From contig CANQRX010000003.1 in assembly GCA_947626425.1 (NCBI GenBank), forward strand, positions 1-38,381: 38,381 nt of DNA. Direction: 5' to 3'. Below the pieces are notes generated by a model. It was not told the DNA's origin. It searched no databases and saw nothing but the letters and a program-made list of their open reading frames with translations. The position numbers and the translations under genes are program-made. The stretch is from an uncultured Bacilli bacterium. Lineage in GTDB: Bacteria; Bacillota_I; Bacilli_A; RF39; UBA660. This document shows, one piece after another, positions 18,989-26,185 of the stretch. Positions within the stretch are counted from its first letter, which is position 1, and the number at the start of each line of letters is the position of its first letter.

Positions 18989-20259
18989 CAAAATTTGAAA
19001 TGAGAACGAATGAACTATTGACAAAAGGATTAAATGAAGGATACTTATTAATCGCAGAGGTTGCCGAAGTTCTAAAAGAATGTCGGGCTACTAAAGAAGA
19101 AGCCATAAGCTTTGAAGAAAAACTGAAAGAAAATAATATTGAATTAGTTGAAAAAATCCCTGAAAAAAAAGTTAAAAAAGTTAAAGAAATTAAAACATTT
19201 ACCGAACGCAAAGAAGAATTAATTGCCCTAGGAAAGAAAAATGGTCGAATTACTTTTGAACAACTAGCGTCATCTTTGAAAGGCTTAGAAGTAGATAACG
19301 ATTCCTTAGATATTTTATATAATGAATTGGTGGCCAATAATATTGAAATAGTTGGAGAAGATGATGAAGAGGGTAATAACGATAATTCACCAATTATTTT
19401 AAATGATGCAGAAATAACCAAAGACATTAATATTAATGATCCAGTTCGGATGTATTTAAAAGAAATTGGGCGAATCAGTTTGTTATCACCAGAAGAAGAA
19501 ATGGATTTATCAATCAAAGTAGCCAATGGTGATGAAGAGGCCAAAAATCGCCTTGCCGAGTCTAACCTTCGTTTAGTTGTTAGTATTGCCAAAAGATATG
19601 TCGGTCGTGGGTTGTTATTTTTAGATTTAATCCAAGAAGGAAATATTGGGTTAATGAAAGCCGTTGACAAGTTTGACTATGATAAAGGATACAAATTTTC
19701 AACATATGCAACATGGTGGATTCGTCAAGCCATAACGCGCGCCCTTGCCGATCAAGCAAGAACAATTAGAGTTCCGGTTCACATGGTTGAAACAATTAAT
19801 AAAATGGCCCGAATCCAAAGACAATTAACCTTAGAATTAAACCGCGAACCATCCGAAGAAGAAATCGCTAAAAAAATGAATATTTCGGTAGAAAAAGTTC
19901 GGGATGTCATTAAAATAAGTCAAGATCCTGTATCCCTTGAAACACCAATCGGTGAAGAAGATGATTCCCATTTAGGAGATTTTGTCAAAGACCCAAATAG
20001 TATGACTCCAGAAGAATATGCGACTAACCAAATTTTAAAAGAAGAAATTAAAGAAGTTTTAGGAACCCTTCAAGAAAGAGAACAAGAGGTTTTAGAATTG
20101 CGTTTTGGCTTAATTGATGGAACTAGTCACACTTTAGAAGAAGTAGGCAAAAGATTTAATGTTACACGGGAACGAATAAGGCAAATTGAAGCAAAAGCCC
20201 TTAGAAAATTACGGCATCCATCTCGGGCTAAAAAATTAAAGGATTTTTTAAACGATTAA
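18985..20259 (+). CDS. sigA: Primary sigma factor SigA/RpoD
   Basis: [64 protein letters not shown]; follows dnaG. Confidence 0.98.
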   Translation: MTKFEMRTNELLTKGLNEGYLLIAEVAEVLKECRATKEEAISFEEKLKENNIELVEKIPEKKVKKVKEIKTFTERKEELIALGKKNGRITFEQLASSLKGLEVDNDSLDILYNELVANNIEIVGEDDEEGNNDNSPIILNDAEITKDININDPVRMYLKEIGRISLLSPEEEMDLSIKVANGDEEAKNRLAESNLRLVVSIAKRYVGRGLLFLDLIQEGNIGLMKAVDKFDYDKGYKFSTYATWWIRQAITRALADQARTIRVPVHMVETINKMARIQRQLTLELNREPSEEEIAKKMNISVEKVRDVIKISQDPVSLETPIGEEDDSHLGDFVKDPNSMTPEEYATNQILKEEIKEVLGTLQEREQEVLELRFGLIDGTSHTLEEVGKRFNVTRERIRQIEAKALRKLRHPSRAKKLKDFLND

Positions 20260-20900
20260 TGAATTCCAAAAGATTACAATTTTTAGCTAATTATATTGCT
20301 AAAGATGCCAATGTCATTGATATTGGAACCGATCACGCTTACTTGCCAATTCTTTTGGTTCAAAAAAATAAAAGAAAAGTAATTGGAACAGATATTCATG
20401 AAAAAGCCTTAAATCAAGCTCAAAAAAACGTCTTAAAATATCATTTAGAAAAAGAAATAAAACTAATTTTAACTGATGGATTAGAAAATATTAATTTTGA
20501 GGATTATGATACTCTTGTTTTAGCAGGAATGGGCTATATGACTATTAAACATATTTTAGATTCTGATTTAAAACCGATTCAAACCATTATTCTCCAAGCT
20601 AATAATGATCATGAAAAAGTAAGAAAAATGATGATGGAAAAGAATTGGCGTCTAATAGATGAACATCTTTTAAGTGAAAATAATCATCTTTATCATATTA
20701 TGAAATATCAAAAAGGCGAAGAACAATTAACTAACCAAGAAATAATGTTAGGCAAATACCTTAAAGAAAACCGTTTTTACTACCAAGAAGAATTAGTTAA
20801 ATGCCAAGAAATTTATGATAAAATACCTCAAAAATATTTTACTAAAAGAAAAGAATTACAAAAAAAAATATCCTTTTTGCAAGAATATTTAAATTTATAA
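20259..20900 (+). CDS. trmK: tRNA (adenine22-N1)-methyltransferase
   Basis: DIGTDHAYLPI, DGL, LAGMG, ILQAN; canonical position after sigA. Confidence 0.9.
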   Translation: MNSKRLQFLANYIAKDANVIDIGTDHAYLPILLVQKNKRKVIGTDIHEKALNQAQKNVLKYHLEKEIKLILTDGLENINFEDYDTLVLAGMGYMTIKHILDSDLKPIQTIILQANNDHEKVRKMMMEKNWRLIDEHLLSENNHLYHIMKYQKGEEQLTNQEIMLGKYLKENRFYYQEELVKCQEIYDKIPQKYFTKRKELQKKISFLQEYLNL

Positions 20901-21155
20901 AAAGAAAACTGGTTTATTTAAAGCTTGAGCTTTAGCTACAGGCTTTTTTTGAGTGTTTTTTTCAAAACTAGGACTTGAAACTGTTGTTCCTTTCGGTTTT
21001 TCCATCATAACTTTGGCAACTTTTAAGGCATCTTTAGCATTATTAATAATAGGTTTAGCCTTAACGTATAAAGGAATTACCTGATTAGCAATATTCAAAG
21101 TTTTATTTATTTTTCCAATCATGGAAACTAAATTAAATGATCGAGCTGGATACAT
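20895..21155 (-). CDS. VrrA/YqfQ-like small protein
   Basis: NKTLNIANQVIPLY..AKPIINN matches my recollection of the YqfQ core; RBS AAGGAG spaced best for the second ATG (21155). Confidence 0.6.
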   Translation of the reverse strand: MYPARSFNLVSMIGKINKTLNIANQVIPLYVKAKPIINNAKDALKVAKVMMEKPKGTTVSSPSFEKNTQKKPVAKAQALNKPVFFL

Positions 21156-21174
21156 ACGCATACTCCTTTATTAT

Positions 21175-21202
21175 AGTATATGCTAAACTTTCGTTTTTGG
21201 TG
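21175..21202 (-). promoter_or_regulatory. Sigma-K-like promoter for the YqfQ-like gene
   Basis: Minus strand CACC-N16-CATATACT fits mACm-N16-CATAnnnT. Confidence 0.4.
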
Positions 21203-21319
21203 TAATTTTATTTAACAAATTGATGCATTAAATTTAAATAACGCACACTATCATAAATTTTTTTTAATTGAAGAAACTAATCATCTTTGTTATCATATAA
21301 ATAGTTAGGATTTGATAAA

Positions 21320-21967
21320 ATGAATGAGTTAGTTGTCATATTTTTAAGTTTTGGACTTGGTTTCCTTTATAATTGGTTAATTAATTTACATGAACGAAAA
21401 AAAACAAAAAATTTATTTGAACTATTCCTTTCCGGATTATCGTTAATGATTTTAACCCTTTATTTTTATCAAAAATATCATTTTAGTTATCGCTTTTTTC
21501 CGGGTTTTATTATTAGTTCCTTATTAATTTTGATTTTTACAAGCGACCTTAAATATTTAATAATATTTGATAGTCCTTTACTTATCAGTGCCTTAGCTAT
21601 GTTTGGCCTTAATTGCCTTTTTTTTGATTTAAGTGGAGCTTTAAAAAGTTGTTTTTCCGGAATAATTATTTTTCTTTTTATGTTATTTATCGCTAAAATA
21701 AGTAGTAAACTTTTTAAAAGAGAAACCTTAGGAGGCGGAGATATCAAGTTTTCTTATCTAATTGGTTGTATTTTGCCTCTTAATTTAGCATTTACAACGC
21801 TTGCTTTATCGACATTTCTAGCTTTACCGGCCTCAGTTTTTTCGCTTTTAATGCACAAAGAAAAAGAAGTAGCTTATGGTCCTTTTTTAGTATCAGCCCT
21901 GTTAATAGTTTATATGTTTTCCGATAAATTCCAAAATCTTTTGAATTTTTTATTTTCATGGCTCTAG
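21320..21967 (+). CDS. A24 family prepilin peptidase lacking the N-terminal Cys-rich domain
   Basis: FTSDLKYLII (Asp1), LGGGDIKF (Asp2), AYGPFL; multi-TM. Confidence 0.85.
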   Translation: MNELVVIFLSFGLGFLYNWLINLHERKKTKNLFELFLSGLSLMILTLYFYQKYHFSYRFFPGFIISSLLILIFTSDLKYLIIFDSPLLISALAMFGLNCLFFDLSGALKSCFSGIIIFLFMLFIAKISSKLFKRETLGGGDIKFSYLIGCILPLNLAFTTLALSTFLALPASVFSLLMHKEKEVAYGPFLVSALLIVYMFSDKFQNLLNFLFSWL

Positions 21968-21983
21968 TTTAACGAAATTTTCC

Positions 21984-22013
21984 TTTACATATTTACGCTT
22001 AGTTTGCTATAAT
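21984..22013 (+). promoter_or_regulatory. Sigma-A promoter of rpmG-efp
   Basis: TTTACA-N18-TATAAT with TG extension (TGCTATAAT). Confidence 0.65.
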
Positions 22014-22043
22014 ACATATAGTTTTGATGTAAGGAGGGATATT

Positions 22044-22217
22044 ATGGCAAAAAACGAAAATAGACAATTCATCGGATTAAAATGTTCACGATGTGGAAAA
22101 CAAATCCGTCCAACTATTAAAAATAAAAAGAATACAACAGAAAAAATTGAATTAAAAAAGTTTTGTCCAAACTGTCGACAAGCTGTTATATTTAAAGAAA
22201 CCAAATTAGGTAAGTAA
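22044..22217 (+). CDS. rpmG: 50S ribosomal protein L33, zinc-binding form (missing from the ORF track)
   Basis: MAKNENRQFIGLKCSRCGKQIRPTIKNKKNTTEKIELKKFCPNCRQAVIFKETKLGK*; RBS AAGGAGG. Confidence 0.95.
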   Translation: MAKNENRQFIGLKCSRCGKQIRPTIKNKKNTTEKIELKKFCPNCRQAVIFKETKLGK

Positions 22218-22238
22218 TATTAGAGAAGGGTGAGTACG

Positions 22239-22799
22239 ATGAATATTAACATAAACGATATAAAAAATGGAATGACAATAATTATTGATGGCAATTTATG
22301 CCAAATTATGGAGTTTCAACATGTTAAACCAGGTAAGGGTAGTGCTTTCGTTCGTATTAAATTAAAAAATTTAAGAACAGGAGCTGTTGTTGAAAATTCT
22401 TATAATACAAATATCAAAATTGAAAGAGCTAAAATTGATCATAACCCAATGCAATTTTTATATACTGATGGGGATAATTATGTTTTCATGAATACTGAAA
22501 CTTATGATCAAATTGAAGTTCCATCTTCAAAACTAGAACAAGAAAAGCGTTTTATTAAAGAAGGATTAGAAATTCAATTAGATTACTATGAAGGTGAATT
22601 AATCGGTATAACTTTACCAGAAAAAATTGAGTTTGAAGTTGTTGAAACTGAACCAGCTGTGAAAGGTAATACTGCTAACAATGCTATGAAAGATGCCAAA
22701 ATCGAAACTGGCTACACTGTAAAAGTTCCATTATTTATTAATCAAGGTGAAAAAATAATTATTTCAACTAGTGATGGAAAATATTCTAGCCGGGCCTAA
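22239..22799 (+). CDS. efp: Translation elongation factor P
   Basis: FQHVKPGKGSAFVR, ETEPAVKGNTA, VPLFI; ATG 22239 has the better SD spacing. Confidence 0.97.
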   Translation: MNININDIKNGMTIIIDGNLCQIMEFQHVKPGKGSAFVRIKLKNLRTGAVVENSYNTNIKIERAKIDHNPMQFLYTDGDNYVFMNTETYDQIEVPSSKLEQEKRFIKEGLEIQLDYYEGELIGITLPEKIEFEVVETEPAVKGNTANNAMKDAKIETGYTVKVPLFINQGEKIIISTSDGKYSSRA

Positions 22800-22830
22800 A
22801 AAAAAATATCTAGACAATAGATATTTTTTT
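22799..22830. terminator. Bidirectional terminator between convergent efp and def
   Basis: AAAAAATATCTA-GACAA-TAGATATTTTTT. Confidence 0.8.
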
Positions 22831-23380
22831 ATATTTCCCGCATTTTTTCTTGATTTTTATAAGGATTTTTCGGATCAATCCGATCGACAAATAAAATTCC
22901 GTTTAAATGATCAATTTCATGTTGAAAAGCAATTGAAACATCTTCTCTAACTCGTAAAGTTATTTCTTTGCCATTCATATCTTGTGCTTTAACAGTCATT
23001 CTGGCATATCGAGGAACTATTCCCTTAACATCCCGATTTACACTTAAGCAACCTTCGCCTTCACCAACATAAATTAATTCTTCACTATAAGAAACAATTT
23101 CCGGATTAATAACAATATAATTTTTGAAAGTTTTGTCCTCTTTTTCTTCGGCAATAACAAAATAACGTTTCATTATCCCAAGTTGAACAGCTGACATTCC
23201 CCAACCAGCTCGTAAATTATATTTTTCCCGTTCTTCATCAATTTGACTCATTTGAAGATAGACTAACATATCGTTGATAGTTTTTTGATCACTTGCTGAT
23301 AAAGGAAAGGTAACAGGCTTAGAAATTTGTCGAAGCCTTTTATCATTTTCTTCCAAAATTTTTAAATTTGGTAATTCCAT
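22829..23380 (-). CDS. def: Peptide deformylase
   Basis: GWGMSAVQLG, EGCLS, QHEIDHLNG. Confidence 0.96.
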   Translation of the reverse strand: MELPNLKILEENDKRLRQISKPVTFPLSASDQKTINDMLVYLQMSQIDEEREKYNLRAGWGMSAVQLGIMKRYFVIAEEKEDKTFKNYIVINPEIVSYSEELIYVGEGEGCLSVNRDVKGIVPRYARMTVKAQDMNGKEITLRVREDVSIAFQHEIDHLNGILFVDRIDPKNPYKNQEKMREI

Positions 23381-23496
23381 GGTAACACACCCCTTAAAAA
23401 TCTCCTTTATTGTACCATAAATTTAAAATATTAAAAGTAAAAATGATAATAAATAACTGAATTAGATGCAAAACTATCCAATTTTTCCTTAAAATG

Positions 23497-23526
23497 AAAA
23501 AAGAATAGAATGGTTGCTATTCTTTT
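23497..23526 (-). terminator. Terminator downstream of the YjcZ-like gene
   Basis: AAAAGAATAG / CTATTCTTTT inverted repeat. Confidence 0.65.
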
Positions 23527-23532
23527 AAACGA

Positions 23533-23718
23533 TTAGTTGTTGTTGTTATTGTTGCCATACCAACCTGCACCAATGATGATTACTAACAGGATGAATAGGA
23601 CAATCCAAATGGCAGCGCCGGCACCATAACCAGAAGTATATCCAGCATATCCACCAGAGTTGCAACATTGATTTGGGTATCCGCCACCATAGAATCCATT
23701 ATTTCCGTAATAATACAT
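23533..23718 (-). CDS. YjcZ/SscA-family small Gly/Tyr-rich sporulation membrane peptide
   Basis: GY-rich N-terminus followed by AIWIVLFILLVIIIG; strong RBS AAGGAGGT. Confidence 0.8.
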   Translation of the reverse strand: MYYYGNNGFYGGGYPNQCCNSGGYAGYTSGYGAGAAIWIVLFILLVIIIGAGWYGNNNNNN

Positions 23719-23902
23719 ATCTGTTACCTCCTTAATCTTTCTATTATAGTTTATTAAAATCTTTAAATTTTGACATAAAAACTTTACAGATGCTTATTAT
23801 TTAATTTTTAAAACAATTGTCTTATAAGTGTCAGATTTTCTTTTTTTATGAAATTTTTAAGACTTTTCGTTGAGAATTTGATACAATGTTTATGGTGGTA
23901 AA

Positions 23903-25069
23903 ATGAGAAAGTTATTTCGGAAAATGGACAAACCTTTGTTTTTTTTAACAATTTTATATACAATTTTAGGTTTAGTAATGGTTTTATCTGCTTCTAGTGT
24001 TTCGGCCGTTTTACGTTATAATGTCTCAACATACTATTTTTTTATTAGACAATTAATATTTGTGGTAGTTTCTTATATAATTGGCTTTGTTGTATTAAAT
24101 ATTTCAACTAATAAATATCGTTTTATAGCCCCTTTGTATCTTCTTTCAACTATTGTTTTATTAGGGTTAGTTCAAATTTTTGGTTATGTTGCTGGCGGGG
24201 CAAAGAGTTGGATCGATTTTGGCTTTTTTAATCTTCAACCAACGGAGTTTGCCAAGACCGCTTTAATTTTGTATATGGCTACTTTTTATGAAAAAAGTGT
24301 CAAAAAACAACGTCGGTTTTTGGTTAATTTAATTCCTTTAGTTTTAGGTATAATCATTTTTGGTTTGGTCGCTTTACAGCCTGATTTAGGGGGAGCAGTA
24401 ATAATCGCCGGAATTGTCTTTTTTATGTTTTTATGTATTCCTTTTCCGAAAGACAAAAAAATTAGTTTTATCAAAAAATTAGGAATTGTTTGCTTAGCTG
24501 GGGTAGTTATTTTATTGTATTCCGGTTTAGCATCTAAATTTTTAAACGAATCGCAAAGACAACGTCTTAATTTTCAAGCACCTTGTAGTCGTTATATAGA
24601 AGATACTGGGTACCAAGTTTGTAATGGCTTTATCGCGTTACATAATGGAGGATTATTCGGCGTAGGCTTAGGTAATTCAACTCAAAAGTATTTATATTTA
24701 CCAGAAGCTCACACAGACTTTATTTTTCCTATTTTAGTTGAAGAATTAGGTTTAATCGTCGGTATTTTAGTAATTTTAGGTTATTTTATAATGCTTTATC
24801 GAATTTTAAAATTAGCAAAACGAGCTCAGACCATTAAAAATCAGTTAATTTGTTATGGTAGCTTTATCTTTATTTTTCTTCATTTAGGACTTAATTTTTT
24901 AGGTATTTTTGCTTTAACTCCTTTAACAGGTGTTCCCGTTCCTTTCTTAAGTTATGGTGGGTCATTTTCCATTAATGTTATTGTTATAATGTTTGTGATT
25001 CAAAGAGTTTCCATTGAAACAAATGTCGCAATTGAAAAAAAAGAATTAGCTAAACTCTCTAGTAAATAA
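23903..25069 (+). CDS. ftsW: SEDS family peptidoglycan polymerase (FtsW/RodA/SpoVE)
   Basis: GLVMVLSAS, GAKSWI, LQPTEFAK, QPDLG, GYQ, YLPEAHTDFIF, PLTGVPVPFLSYGGS. Confidence 0.88.
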   Translation: MRKLFRKMDKPLFFLTILYTILGLVMVLSASSVSAVLRYNVSTYYFFIRQLIFVVVSYIIGFVVLNISTNKYRFIAPLYLLSTIVLLGLVQIFGYVAGGAKSWIDFGFFNLQPTEFAKTALILYMATFYEKSVKKQRRFLVNLIPLVLGIIIFGLVALQPDLGGAVIIAGIVFFMFLCIPFPKDKKISFIKKLGIVCLAGVVILLYSGLASKFLNESQRQRLNFQAPCSRYIEDTGYQVCNGFIALHNGGLFGVGLGNSTQKYLYLPEAHTDFIFPILVEELGLIVGILVILGYFIMLYRILKLAKRAQTIKNQLICYGSFIFIFLHLGLNFLGIFALTPLTGVPVPFLSYGGSFSINVIVIMFVIQRVSIETNVAIEKKELAKLSSK

Positions 25070-25121
25070 GTAATATTTTTAATTATCTAAAAAATTGTGT
25101 GGCCTGCCTTTCAAAAAATTC

Positions 25122-25150
25122 TTGACGTCTTAAATAAAAAGTGATAAGAT
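25122..25150 (+). promoter_or_regulatory. Sigma-A promoter of candidate ncRNA 1
   Basis: TTGACG-N17-TAAGAT with TG at 25142-25143; predicted +1 at G25157. Confidence 0.75.
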
Positions 25151-25156
25151 TAAGAT

Positions 25157-25412
25157 GCTTAATAGTGTGGAATGATTTTAAATGTAGGGAGTCTAAAAAC
25201 TCTGATTGTTGATTAATAATCCAATCGTTACATTTAATTGTGATTCTTTGAGTCATCACTTATTCTGCAAGGATACGGTGTCTTATCGGCTATTAAGTTA
25301 TACGTATATGTGGAGTAACGGTAAGAGGGAATTATTTATATCTGTCAATATATGTGAGACCTTATTCATCCACGGGAAATATGTTGAATGACAGTTCAAC
25401 GTATTTTTTTTT
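25157..25412 (+). ncRNA. Candidate structured ncRNA 1 (~255 nt, family not recognised)
   Basis: Promoter, nested helices beginning exactly at the predicted +1 (25157-66 with 25289-98), second long hairpin, terminator; no RBS-bearing ORF. Confidence 0.7.
25378..25412 (+). terminator. Intrinsic terminator of candidate ncRNA 1
   Basis: AATATGTTGAA-TGACAG-TTCAACGTATT followed by a T run. Confidence 0.85.
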
Positions 25413-25498
25413 GTCTAAAAAAAGGAAATTTCAATTTTTATAGAAATATATAAGTAGAAAGAAGAATAAAAATTCTTTCTTAGAAAGGAGGAACCTAT

Positions 25499-26185
25499 AT
25501 GGAAGCATTCAAAGAATTTCTTGTCGAAAAAAAAGTTTTTTGTCTTTGCGTTTTGCTTGGCATTATTTGTTTATCCTTAGGCTTTTTATATTTAAAAGAT
25601 GTCAGTGCGGAAGAATCCTTTCATTGCCCAGTAACGAGTGATAAAGTTTCAGAAAACAACGACGATGATATCGAAACTTTAGATATTATCCAAGTAGATA
25701 TAAAAGGGGCAGTGAAAGATCCTGGAGTCTATGTTTTAGATGAAGGTTCAGTCGTTAATGATTTAATATTAGCTGCTGGTGGCTTAACTAAAGACGCTGA
25801 CACAACCAACCTTAATTTAAGCAAAAAACTAGAAAACGAAATGGTTATAATTGTTTACACTAAAAAGGAAATGGAACAAAACGTTGAAAAAAACCTTACT
25901 AGTGATGCTGATATTTCGGAATCGTTAGGTAAAGATTCCATAATTGAGTCCGATAGTGAATCAAGTTCTAACAATACCACTTCCAAAACTACTAAAAAAG
26001 TTAATCTAAATACTGCTACCTTAGAAGAATTAACCACATTGCCGGGAATAGGAGAGGCCAAAGCTAAAAGTATAATTCAATATCGAAAAACTTGTGGAAA
26101 TTTTAAAGTCATCGAAGATATAAAAAACATTTCAGGTATAGGCGATTCAGTTTATGCTAAACTTGAAAAATATATCACCGTTTAA
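25499..26185 (+). CDS. comEA: Competence DNA receptor ComEA
   Basis: N-terminal TM, VDIKGAVKDPGVY (SLBB), VNLNTATLEELTTLPGIGEAKA and ISGIG (HhH). Confidence 0.95.
   Translation: MEAFKEFLVEKKVFCLCVLLGIICLSLGFLYLKDVSAEESFHCPVTSDKVSENNDDDIETLDIIQVDIKGAVKDPGVYVLDEGSVVNDLILAAGGLTKDADTTNLNLSKKLENEMVIIVYTKKEMEQNVEKNLTSDADISESLGKDSIIESDSESSSNNTTSKTTKKVNLNTATLEELTTLPGIGEAKAKSIIQYRKTCGNFKVIEDIKNISGIGDSVYAKLEKYITV

Noticed and set aside
18924-19765. Antisense ORFs of 248 aa and 61 aa
   Set aside because: Shadows of sigA on the opposite strand with no independent features.
22007-22204. 65-aa minus-strand ORF
   Set aside because: Antisense to the real rpmG gene.
23536-23553. AAC/AAT codon run in the YjcZ-like gene
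   Set aside because: Short poly-Asn tail; in-frame, low-complexity coding sequence.
25206-25391. 61-aa TTG-start ORF in the ftsW-comEA gap
   Set aside because: No well-placed RBS, start buried in a hairpin, stop inside the terminator loop; better explained as a structured RNA.
25157-25412. T-box, riboswitch, SRP or 6S assignment for RNA 1
   Set aside because: No UGGNACC T-box, no SRP helix-8 motif, no recognisable aptamer; the multibranch fold is unlike the 6S rod. A diverged family cannot be excluded without cmscan.
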